Virus record (IMG/VR): IMGVR_UViG_3300036940_000389
Reading direction: 5' to 3' (one strand)
DNA length: 64,000 nt
Source: a virus
Part shown: positions 15,911-25,000 of the stretch, one piece after another
Numbering within the stretch: position 1 is the stretch's first letter
Layout: every line of letters begins with the position of its first letter
The notes under the pieces: generated by a model
Database searches by the model: none
What the model saw: only the letters and a program-made list of their open reading frames with translations
What the model was told of the DNA's origin: nothing
Made by a program: the position numbers and the translations under genes

Positions 15911-17143
15911 ATGAAAGGAATTCCTGCAGAATTGCAACATGAAACTCTGAAGAAAGTTTTTCAGAGGATGCCTGATCCTGATAATCTCGTTTTCACGAGT
16001 CTGTTTCCAGCAGTGAATTACGAGTCTGACAGGATTCGGTGGATATTGGAGTACGGTACTGCCGGTATGACACCGTTTGTCGCTCCTGGTGCGCCCGCAC
16101 CTGTCATGGGCGATGACGGAATGTACAACGAAGGTTCTGCCGCTGCTGCCTACTGGAAAGAGAAAGCGTTTATTGACGAGACTCGTCTTAACAATCTTCG
16201 TGAACCTCTTTCCTTGACTCAGAGGCAGACAGCACAGCGTCAGATTGCCCGCCAGCAAAGGCGACTCAAGAATCGCTGCATTCGTAGGCGTGAGTGGATG
16301 ATTGCGAAAGCTTTCTTTGATCATGAGCTTACCTATCAGCGTGAAGGTGGTACAAAGTTCACTGTTGACTATGGTGTGCCTGATCATCACAAGCAGACAC
16401 TGACCGGTGACAATGTGTGGGATGATGGTACAGGTTCTCCCGGAAGTGATGCCACACCGATCAAGGATATCTTTGAGATCAAAACAGAGTTTGTTGAAGA
16501 TGTTGGTGTAAATCCAACTGATTTCTTTATGAATTCTGAAGTTCTGAAGATGCTGCTGTTCAATAGCGATCTTCAGGATCTGCTCAAGAAGTCCAATTTT
16601 GGTGATGGCGATCTGTTCTCTCGTCCCGGTCAGGTTCTTGGTCAGTTGCTTGGACTCGGAAATCTCACTATATATGATGAGATTTTTGAAGTTGGCGCAT
16701 GGCTGACCCAGGATATCTCTTCTGGTGATACTGACATCTATCTCGATGATGTTGTCGATATGGAAGCTGGTTTTAAGGTTCGTATTTACGATCTTACCAC
16801 TCCATACACCTATGAAGAGGGCACTATTGATAGTGTCGATCAGTCGAGTGGAAAGATCACACTGTCATCCGGAACCAGTAATGGCTACAAGGTGAATCGC
16901 ACTCGTGTTGTGATGCGTAAGAAGTTCATCACTGATGACAAGATCGGAATGTTTGCTCGTCAGGTTGACGGTGAGCCAATTGCTGAGTTCATGCTTGCTC
17001 CTTTTGGCAATGATCGTCAGTTCGGCATGTATCCCGATACAAAGGAAGAATGGGATCCGGAGGGAATTTGGATGAGAGTGCAGAACAAGGGTCTGCCGGT
17101 CATTTATCATCCTGATGCTCTGTGGACTCTGACAGTGAAGTAG
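15911..17143 (+). CDS. major capsid protein (lambda gpE-like) with inserted domain
   Basis: AGMTPFVAPG, REWMIAKAF, VDYGVP, EEWDPEGIWMRVQNKGLPVIYHPDA. Confidence 0.9.
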   Translation: MKGIPAELQHETLKKVFQRMPDPDNLVFTSLFPAVNYESDRIRWILEYGTAGMTPFVAPGAPAPVMGDDGMYNEGSAAAAYWKEKAFIDETRLNNLREPLSLTQRQTAQRQIARQQRRLKNRCIRRREWMIAKAFFDHELTYQREGGTKFTVDYGVPDHHKQTLTGDNVWDDGTGSPGSDATPIKDIFEIKTEFVEDVGVNPTDFFMNSEVLKMLLFNSDLQDLLKKSNFGDGDLFSRPGQVLGQLLGLGNLTIYDEIFEVGAWLTQDISSGDTDIYLDDVVDMEAGFKVRIYDLTTPYTYEEGTIDSVDQSSGKITLSSGTSNGYKVNRTRVVMRKKFITDDKIGMFARQVDGEPIAEFMLAPFGNDRQFGMYPDTKEEWDPEGIWMRVQNKGLPVIYHPDALWTLTVK

Positions 17144-17172
17144 ATCTTGATCTTATTCAGGAGGCAATCAAT

Positions 17173-17487
17173 ATGATTATTGAATTATTAGTAAATCTTA
17201 GAATCAGCAGTGGAAATGTCGTGACTGCTGGAAGATACGACAGTTCCAAGCGTGAATTTCCTGAAGCTCTGTGGAGAGAGATCGAGATCCACAAGAAAAC
17301 GGGTAGGAGAACTCTTCGCATTCTCCAAGAGGATTCTCCTACCCGTAATCGGAAATCAGAAAATGATAATGCTGTGTCTAAAGACAGTGTGGATACAAAA
17401 GCCACGACTATTGATAGTGTAGACACATTCACGACTACAAGTGATGAGAAGCCTAAGAAAAAAATCAGACGTAGCAAATCTTCATAA
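17173..17487 (+). CDS. hypothetical virion-region protein with low-complexity C-terminus
   Basis: GGAGG SD before ATG 17173. Confidence 0.65.
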   Translation: MIIELLVNLRISSGNVVTAGRYDSSKREFPEALWREIEIHKKTGRRTLRILQEDSPTRNRKSENDNAVSKDSVDTKATTIDSVDTFTTTSDEKPKKKIRRSKSS

Positions 17488-17499
17488 TTTGGAGAAGTC

Positions 17500-17967
17500 A
17501 TGGCAATAGAGACCAGCGAACAACTTATTTCTGAAGTAAAGCTGTCGTTGGGATCCTCATCAGAGCTTATTGGGGCTGAGGGGTACGATTTTGCAGTATC
17601 CCAAGCCCTAAATGAGCTTGGATGGAGTCTTCCAGTTGACGGTAAAAAAGCATATTGGGCTGTTCAGAGAGGAAAGCGACATTGCTTAGACATTCTCAGA
17701 ACACAGTCTGCACATAAATTTAGATACAAAGATTTAAGTCTCAATCATAGATTTAATCATTACAATGCTATGATTGAGGATCTTGATAAGAAATTTGAGA
17801 AAGCACTTGATACTGATCCTGATTTACTGGACATAGCTGATATGTTCAGAGTTTTTGGGACTTATGTGGAAAATGGCTTCGTCTACGACCAGTATGGAAA
17901 TGATATTACGAAAATAATGCAAGATTTTGGTGTTGATAACGAAGGTTATAGATACAGGATTCTATAA
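17500..17967 (+). CDS. head-tail adaptor (putative)
   Basis: size and position after MCP. Confidence 0.55.
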   Translation: MAIETSEQLISEVKLSLGSSSELIGAEGYDFAVSQALNELGWSLPVDGKKAYWAVQRGKRHCLDILRTQSAHKFRYKDLSLNHRFNHYNAMIEDLDKKFEKALDTDPDLLDIADMFRVFGTYVENGFVYDQYGNDITKIMQDFGVDNEGYRYRIL

Positions 17968-18599
17968 TGAGTAGTGTTGGAACTGATATTAAAGAAGTTT
18001 TTACTGAGTTAGCTGAAGCTATCAGTATTTACGATCACGTGTCAGGAGAAATTATAGCTTCTGGCGAATATACTGATTTTGAAAGAGAATGGCTTCCAAG
18101 ATCAGCTTTTGAAAGTGAGTTTGTTATTACCAACACATTTGCTTATGACACAGTTGCTAAACCAGGCGATAGAATAGATTTTCATACAACTGATGGTCGT
18201 TATTTGATAGCTACGTTAGTTAGTAATACTTTTGAAAGAGAAGTCATTTCCAAAGATGGGATTTTATATAAGTGCAACAAACAAGCTATGGTCATGAGGA
18301 AGTCAGAGACAGAGACACGAGATACAAATTATGAACTCTCATACGATTGGGATGAAGTTTTTTCTGGTGAGTACGTTTTGTTTACAGGTAGACTTTCTGA
18401 TCAAGAAATAATCAATGATGAGAGATATTTACGAGCATATACAAGAAAAAGACTTCTGTTTGCTTCTCGTCAGTTGGACATTCAATCCAAAGATCGTCTG
18501 CATATTGATGATGAGATGTATCAAATTGAGCTTGTTGAGCAGGATCGTTTGCCAGGATTGAATATGTGTACTCTCATTGATTATCAGGGAGAGTCATAA
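17967..18599 (+). CDS. head closure/neck protein (putative)
   Basis: beta-rich; C-terminal KDRLHIDDEMYQIELV pattern; synteny. Confidence 0.5.
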   Translation: MSSVGTDIKEVFTELAEAISIYDHVSGEIIASGEYTDFEREWLPRSAFESEFVITNTFAYDTVAKPGDRIDFHTTDGRYLIATLVSNTFEREVISKDGILYKCNKQAMVMRKSETETRDTNYELSYDWDEVFSGEYVLFTGRLSDQEIINDERYLRAYTRKRLLFASRQLDIQSKDRLHIDDEMYQIELVEQDRLPGLNMCTLIDYQGES

Positions 18600-19561
18600 T
18601 GGCTAGAAAAACAACTTCAATGCTCGGATTTGGTTGGGAGGAGTTTAAGCGTGTTGATCGTGCTGCTGAGAAGTCAAAAGTTGCTTTAAAGGGATTGGAA
18701 AAGACTTTTATATATTGGATGGGAGAAGAGGAAGGGGGAGCTTTAACGAAAAGAGCAGCAAATGAACTTGCTGCCAAAATTATTGAAACTATTTTAGAAC
18801 AAAAAGATGTCATTACTGGTGTTCCTGAGTTATCTGATCAGTGGAAAATAGAGAAAGCTGATGCAGAAAGATGGGGAGGCACCCCGCTCGATCCAAGAAT
18901 TGGTATTGCTACTGGACAAATGATAAATGCAATACGTCCAATTGATCAGGGAAGAGGCACTTGGAGAGTTGGAATAAGTGGGAATGATCGAGTTAGCACT
19001 AAAATAGGAACAATAACAAAAATTGCTGATTATGCAAGAATACTTGAGCGTGGATCCTCAAGACAACTACCCAGACCAATATTTTCTGGAACTTTTAGAA
19101 GATGGGTAGAAGATCGATTTCCTCAGTTTCTCAAAGAAACTATTATAAATGATCTTCAACCACATCTTGATAAAATTGCAAGAGAAATTGCTGAAAATCG
19201 GGCTGATGCTGCTCTTTTAGAAAAGTACACAAAAAGTGGTGGAAGAGAGTATGACGATGCTGGAAGAGGAACTCCAGTTAGGGCTACAGAAGGCGGACTT
19301 GAGGAAGTTGTTCAAGCTAGAAGAGAAGGACGAGATGTAGATCTTTATGATTTTGGTCAATCTGAATATGATTTTGGAGAAGAGAGAGATCCTTTAGGAT
19401 ATGAAGAAGCTGAAAGAACTGAGCAGTACGTTTCTCAACAACATGGACAGGCAACATTGCTTGTGACAAAAGGATCAGGAGATATTTGGAATTGGATTGA
19501 TAACAAGTGGCAAGATGCTGTAACAGCACTTGAAAGACTGAGTATGTATGGAGCAATTTAA
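18599..19561 (+). CDS. neck/tail completion protein (HK97 gp10-like) with acidic C-terminal extension
   Basis: ATGQMINAI, YARILERGS..PRPIF. Confidence 0.6.
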   Translation: MARKTTSMLGFGWEEFKRVDRAAEKSKVALKGLEKTFIYWMGEEEGGALTKRAANELAAKIIETILEQKDVITGVPELSDQWKIEKADAERWGGTPLDPRIGIATGQMINAIRPIDQGRGTWRVGISGNDRVSTKIGTITKIADYARILERGSSRQLPRPIFSGTFRRWVEDRFPQFLKETIINDLQPHLDKIAREIAENRADAALLEKYTKSGGREYDDAGRGTPVRATEGGLEEVVQARREGRDVDLYDFGQSEYDFGEERDPLGYEEAERTEQYVSQQHGQATLLVTKGSGDIWNWIDNKWQDAVTALERLSMYGAI

Positions 19562-19573
19562 GGAGCAATCATA

Positions 19574-19783
19574 ATGAATGTTGTGAGAGTTGAGAGAAGA
19601 AGTACATATATCACTCTTGATTTTTCTATTGAGGAAATTCAGCATTTAAAGAGAATTTTCGATAATGCTTCAATCGTGTATAATAGTGAGAAAGATGATA
19701 AAATGCCAAAAGCTGATAAGTGGTTAAGTGAAGAATTCTATCCTGTAATTGATGAATTGGTAGATAAAATCAGAGATTCATAA
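19574..19783 (+). CDS. hypothetical protein
   Basis: 69-aa ORF, AAGGAG SD. Confidence 0.65.
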   Translation: MNVVRVERRSTYITLDFSIEEIQHLKRIFDNASIVYNSEKDDKMPKADKWLSEEFYPVIDELVDKIRDS

Positions 19784-20220
19784 TGACTTTACATCCTACA
19801 CTTTCACAAACAAATATCTGGAGATCGATAAAGAAATTCTTTTTGGACGGAATGGACTCTTCTACCAAAATTTATTTTGACAGAATATTATCTGCTCCAG
19901 AAAGTGATACTCCAGATCAATGGATTTGTGTAATGTTGCATGAAATTGATCCAAAAGTAGTCAGTGAAGCTTTCATGCCTGTGTATATGTTCAGTAGGAA
20001 TGATCCTGAAGGAGATAATTTATATTTGCTCAGAGATGATGTCATGGAAATCTTTTTTGATGGTTATATATCTCTCTATGACACAACAAAAGATCCCTGG
20101 GAAAAAGTTGGGGGCATTAAAGTAAATTTACGTCCTCAAAGTAAGATCGTATACAGTCCCGATCAAGTGAAAATGGTTTATATGCTTTCCTTATTGAAAT
20201 GGGGAGCACAATGGTCATAA
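19783..20220 (+). CDS. tail terminator (putative)
   Basis: size and position before the tail tube. Confidence 0.5.
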   Translation: MTLHPTLSQTNIWRSIKKFFLDGMDSSTKIYFDRILSAPESDTPDQWICVMLHEIDPKVVSEAFMPVYMFSRNDPEGDNLYLLRDDVMEIFFDGYISLYDTTKDPWEKVGGIKVNLRPQSKIVYSPDQVKMVYMLSLLKWGAQWS

Positions 20221-20232
20221 AGTGAGGGAACA

Positions 20233-20448
20233 ATGGAGACAGATAAGAAAGGATGGGTTCTTTGTGAAAAATGCGGAAAGAAACTTTTAAGAAGAAAGCC
20301 AAATGGTGTTTTCGTATTTAAGTTTGGGAAAAATGCTCATTATAAGAGTGTTATTCATATTGAAATGTTTGGATCGATAAAGATGACATGTTTTCGTGAT
20401 GATTGTCGTCATGTTAATGTTTTATCTTTATTTCCAACAGAAATATAA
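20233..20448 (+). CDS. Com-like zinc-ribbon protein
   Basis: LCEKCGKKLL...MTCFRDDCRHVN. Confidence 0.65.
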   Translation: METDKKGWVLCEKCGKKLLRRKPNGVFVFKFGKNAHYKSVIHIEMFGSIKMTCFRDDCRHVNVLSLFPTEI

Positions 20449-20527
20449 AATTTTCAATCCTTTTTGGAACGATAGAAATAATACTGAATTAGCAATTTCT
20501 CTAAAAAAATGAAACTGGAGGTATAAT

Positions 20528-21115
20528 ATGGCTAGAACTGGTCCTGTTACCAAAGATACTTCGACTGTTGCGCTTGGACTTGCCAAAATTTTGGTTGGTT
20601 CATCTGCTGACAACATTTCGGAAAAAGATCAAACATTGAATGAATCTGACGATTCTCTTGGAGCTTTGAATTCCACAAGCTTCTCGTCCGATGTTGAATT
20701 CTGGCGCATGAGTTCGGGCTTTCCTGCATTGGAGGACTTAGTTATTCCTTTGCGTGAGAATGCTCAGTTGGAATGTGAATTTCGTGAACTGCATCCTCGT
20801 AACCTTGCATATGCACGTGGTTTGGATGCTTCTTCTGGATATGATAATGCACATAGCGGTGAAATCAATCTTGGTGATTTGAAAGAGCCTGCATATGTGC
20901 GTATGGAAGCTATCTATACGTATCCGAATCAAACAAATCACATGTACATTATCTTTCCTCGGGCACAGGTGACGAGTTCCATGGATCTCAGCTTTGCTCA
21001 GGAAGACAACGCCAACGTGCCAATTACTATTGAGTCCAAACGTGCCGACTCTGAAGTGAGCGGTGGTGATGCTGCATGGGATAATTCGCCATTGGGGAGG
21101 ATCTACTTCGACTGA
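20528..21115 (+). CDS. major tail tube protein
   Basis: 195 aa, beta-rich, strongly expressed codon usage, followed by terminator, chaperones and TMP; no sheath gene present. Confidence 0.8.
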   Translation: MARTGPVTKDTSTVALGLAKILVGSSADNISEKDQTLNESDDSLGALNSTSFSSDVEFWRMSSGFPALEDLVIPLRENAQLECEFRELHPRNLAYARGLDASSGYDNAHSGEINLGDLKEPAYVRMEAIYTYPNQTNHMYIIFPRAQVTSSMDLSFAQEDNANVPITIESKRADSEVSGGDAAWDNSPLGRIYFD

Positions 21116-21143
21116 TAGGAATTATTCTATGTAGATGATTATG

Positions 21144-21181
21144 ACAAACCCCCTTGTTTTTATGCAGGGGGGTTTGTTTTT
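21144..21181 (+). terminator. intrinsic terminator
   Basis: ACAAACCCCC/GGGGGTTTGT stem followed by a T run. Confidence 0.8.
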
Positions 21182-21286
21182 GACATATGGATGTTTTTGT
21201 TTGTAGAATGAAATTACAATCTTCTCTTGAAGAAATCACAAACAATCCATTGGAAAAGAATCTCATTAACAAAAAGGAGAATACGT

Positions 21287-21673
21287 ATGTCTGAGAGAAC
21301 ACTGAATCCTGATATCAAAGAAATTAACATTGGTATCAAAGAAGTCCATCCGATAAAGATTTATCCCCTCTCTATTCAAGATCAATTCGATATCACGAAC
21401 AGACTCGTTGATGTTATTTCTCAGTTTGGTGATCAAACAAACTTTGAATCAAATGAGGATGCTCTGAAATTTCTGCAGGAGATTATTACAGATAATCTTA
21501 GCGTTATTCTTGAGTACGTGACAACTGAGGATGATCGTCCTACCTTTCGTGATCTAACAAACAATCAGTGCTATGAGATTGCTGAAGTCATTTTTCAAGT
21601 GAACTATGAGGCGTTTGTAAAAAACTCCCAAAACCTGATCGAAAGAGTGATGGAATTGCTTCCCAAGCAGTAG
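21287..21673 (+). CDS. tail assembly chaperone (gpG-like)
   Basis: AAAAAGGAGA SD; position between tube and TMP; A AAA AAC slippery site near the 3' end. Confidence 0.75.
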   Translation: MSERTLNPDIKEINIGIKEVHPIKIYPLSIQDQFDITNRLVDVISQFGDQTNFESNEDALKFLQEIITDNLSVILEYVTTEDDRPTFRDLTNNQCYEIAEVIFQVNYEAFVKNSQNLIERVMELLPKQ

Positions 21674-22065
21674 ATCCTTTCGGTCGGGTTGTATTAACAA
21701 TAATAAATAGTTTCACCCAGTATAGGATAAGCGATTTTTACAATAAACGCTTTTATGATGGGGGATTTCATTTATATCAAGTTCAGATGATGCTTGAATA
21801 TATTGAGGACAAAAAATACAACGAGTATAAGTTTTTTGCAGCATTGTCTGGAATTGATTTGGATAAGGAAATTGAAAAAGCCCCAGAAGATAGAAAAGCT
21901 CTTTTGGATAGACAGCAAAAGAAGCAAGACTTACCAATCTTCAGAGACCCAGAAGAATATGAAGGTCTCAGTGAAGAAGAGAGGGAGCAAAAGACAAAAG
22001 ATATGATAAAAGCACACAAGCAGTGGGTTTCTAAATCCACGAGTTCTAAGAGTGTAGGAACGTAG
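21619..22065 (+). CDS. -1 frameshift extension of the tail chaperone (gpGT-like)
   Basis: -1 frame is open without stops from 21619 to 22065 and includes track ORF 21787-22065. Confidence 0.75.
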   Translation, partial: KKLPKPDRKSDGIASQAVDPFGRVVLTIINSFTQYRISDFYNKRFYDGGFHLYQVQMMLEYIEDKKYNEYKFFAALSGIDLDKEIEKAPEDRKALLDRQQKKQDLPIFRDPEEYEGLSEEEREQKTKDMIKAHKQWVSKSTSSKSVGT

Positions 22066-22075
22066 GGAGTATAAC

Positions 22076-25000
22076 ATGGCTGATCGTGGATTATTTATAA
22101 GAATAGCTGGTGGAGTTGATCCAAACACCATCAAATCAATGAGAAACTTTGCAGTATCACTTTCAAGAATTGGTGCTGCTGCTCGTGGTTTGGGAAACGT
22201 AACTATTGGAAAAGGACTTGATTCTACTGTTGCTCAAATAAAAAGACTTGATGGCAGTATAAATAAGTCAATAGTTAGTATTATCAGCAATGTTGATAGA
22301 TATAAGCGATCAGCCCAAGAATTATCTTCTATTATCAATTCGAACACAACACGGTTTCGTGCTCTTTCAGGAGCTACGATAAAAGCTGGAAGAGCACAGC
22401 AAGGAATATCTAGTGGAGCGATAAAAGCTGATAAGGCATTAAGAGGAGCATCATTAAGTGCTAGAAAATATGCTGAGAATCTAAATAAATTAAACGCCGG
22501 TAATGTTGGATATATCAGCAGTACAGGAAGATTTGTTGCTGCCACAGATAGGATTACAGACTCAACCAAAAAAGCAAATAAACAATTAGGAGTTTTTGGA
22601 AATGCTTTTGAGCATATCAACAGAAGAGTAAAACAATTTGGTGCTTTTGTTGTTGCTGCTTCAGTAGTGCACGGTTTTACTAATGCACTTGCTGGTGGTG
22701 TTAGAGTGATGAGTCAATATGATCAAGGATTAAAAAATCTTCAAGCAATTATTGATATCACAGCTTCCCAAGCTGAGGTGCTTGGGGATAAAATTCAAGA
22801 TGTTTCTCGCCGAACAAAATTTTCCGCTACTGAAGTTGCTGAAGGTGTGCAGACATTAGGACAGGCTGGTTTGACCATGCAAGAGTCCATGTCTGCAATT
22901 ACAGGAGTTGCTAGATTAGCAACTGGTACCATGAGCAACTTTGCAACTGTTTCTGATCTTGTCACCACAACTCTGAATGCTTTTAATTTAGCAGCAACTG
23001 ATAGTGCCCGTGTTGCTGATGTCTTTGCAAATGCGATCAATAATTCAAAGCTTTCTGTTGATAAGCTAGGAACAGCATTCAACTACGTAGGAGCAGCAGG
23101 AAATCAAGCTGGACTGACTTTGAATGAAGTCAGTGGGACTCTCATGACACTTGCTGATAATGGTCTTCGTGCAAGCACAATGGGAACCGGCTTGAGAAGA
23201 ATGATGCTCAAAATGATTGATGCTAGTTCTGATCTTGCTTCTGATCTAAATACTCTTGGAAAAAATGTAGATGATATAAATCCTAAACTTGCTGGTTGGG
23301 AGAATTCTTTAGAGAATCTTGTTCCCTTGCTTTGGGATGCAAGAAGAGAAACAGTAGATATGGGAAAAGCAGTAGAGTATTTTGGAACTCGTGCTGCACA
23401 AGTTGCTGCTGTTCTTATACGCAATGCTGCTGACGGTTCCAATGCACTTTCCAAAGCGATAGGACAGACTAGAGAGTTTGGTGCTGCTGCTGACATGGCC
23501 GACACTCAGATCGAAGGATTATCGCTTTCCTTTAAGAATCTGCAAGACAGAATCAAATTGATTGCTGTTGCTCTTGGAGAAGCGGGAGTTACCAATGCAT
23601 TAAAAGCACTTGTTGATATTGCTGCCGTGCTTGCTTCTGGAATTGAAGCTCTCATAAAAAAGTTTGATGAATTTGGAAGGGCGGTTGCAATAATGGGAAC
23701 AATCAGTGCTCTGGCACTGGGAATTAATAAATTATTGATTCCTGCTCTTGGTAAGGTTGTTTCTTCTTTTGGCGGAATTGCAAGTAGTGCTGCTGCTGCA
23801 ACTACTGCATTAGGATCATTTCGTGCTGTAGTTAGTTCTTTAGTTATGAGTTTGAATGTATGGTCTATTGCCATTTCAGCATTCATATATCTTGTGTACA
23901 GATATGCCAATGCACATAACAAAGCAGCAAAAGCAGCAAGCAAACATGCTCAGGAATTGAAATCAACAGGAGAATCGGTCGAGGAATGGGGAGAATCATT
24001 AAAGGATGCGTTCGGAACTCAGGATTGGGAAAACACTGTCAAAAGATTTGAAGACATAGAAGTTGCTGGAAAAAATTTGAGTAGAATGCTTGAAGAAGAG
24101 CTTGGATATGCTCTTGAAGAGGTTCCTTATAAGGGACAGCAGGGATTTGAAGATTTAGAAAAAGCAATTAAATCTGTTTCCACTTCTCAGTTTGAAAAGC
24201 AAATGGAAGCAGCAGCAAAACAGATTGACGAAGTTATAAAGTCTGCTGGAGTAATGCAGACACTTGCTGGAACTGATATTCCTGAAAGTCTTCAAAAGTC
24301 ACAGAGAGAGGCCGGTAAATTTGGAAAAGCCATGGATTGGGTTGCGGGAGCTTTTGCTGAATTCAATAAGTATGCTCCTATGAATTATTTACAAGCAGCA
24401 TCAAAATGGACTGTTGAAGCCCTTGGTCCTGATAAGCAAGAAATGCTGGAGAATTATAAGGATGGTGTTTATAATTTAACTGATGCTCTTGATAGTTTAG
24501 CCGAAGCTAGAGACTGGAAAATTACTGATGCAGTTGAGGCTACACAAAAAGCAGTAGAAACACTTGAAGAAAAAATTGATGGAGATGCTACTCCTACAGT
24601 AAATAGATTCATTTCAGACATGTCCTCGAAATGGGGTGATCGTGCAGTTCGTGAATTTGAAAAAGTTCAAAATAGAGTAGGAAATCTTGGAAATCTGCTT
24701 AGAGATGAGCAAATTACAATTGATGAATTCATTGAGCGATATTCAGAGTTGGAAGTAGGATCTGTTATTCCGGAAGGAGAACTGAAAAATATCAAATCTG
24801 TTGATGAAGCTCTCGATTTGCTTTGGGGAACTACTCAAAAATTGAATATAAAGAAAGAGGAACTTAAAGAGCAAGTCAATTTATTATTTAAAGGAGAAAA
24901 AGAGTTAGAAGAGGTTATTAGATATGTTCGTGAGAAAATGAATCTTTCTGAAAAAATGACAATAGAATTGACTCAGGCTCTGCTCAATCTTTCAGCAGGA

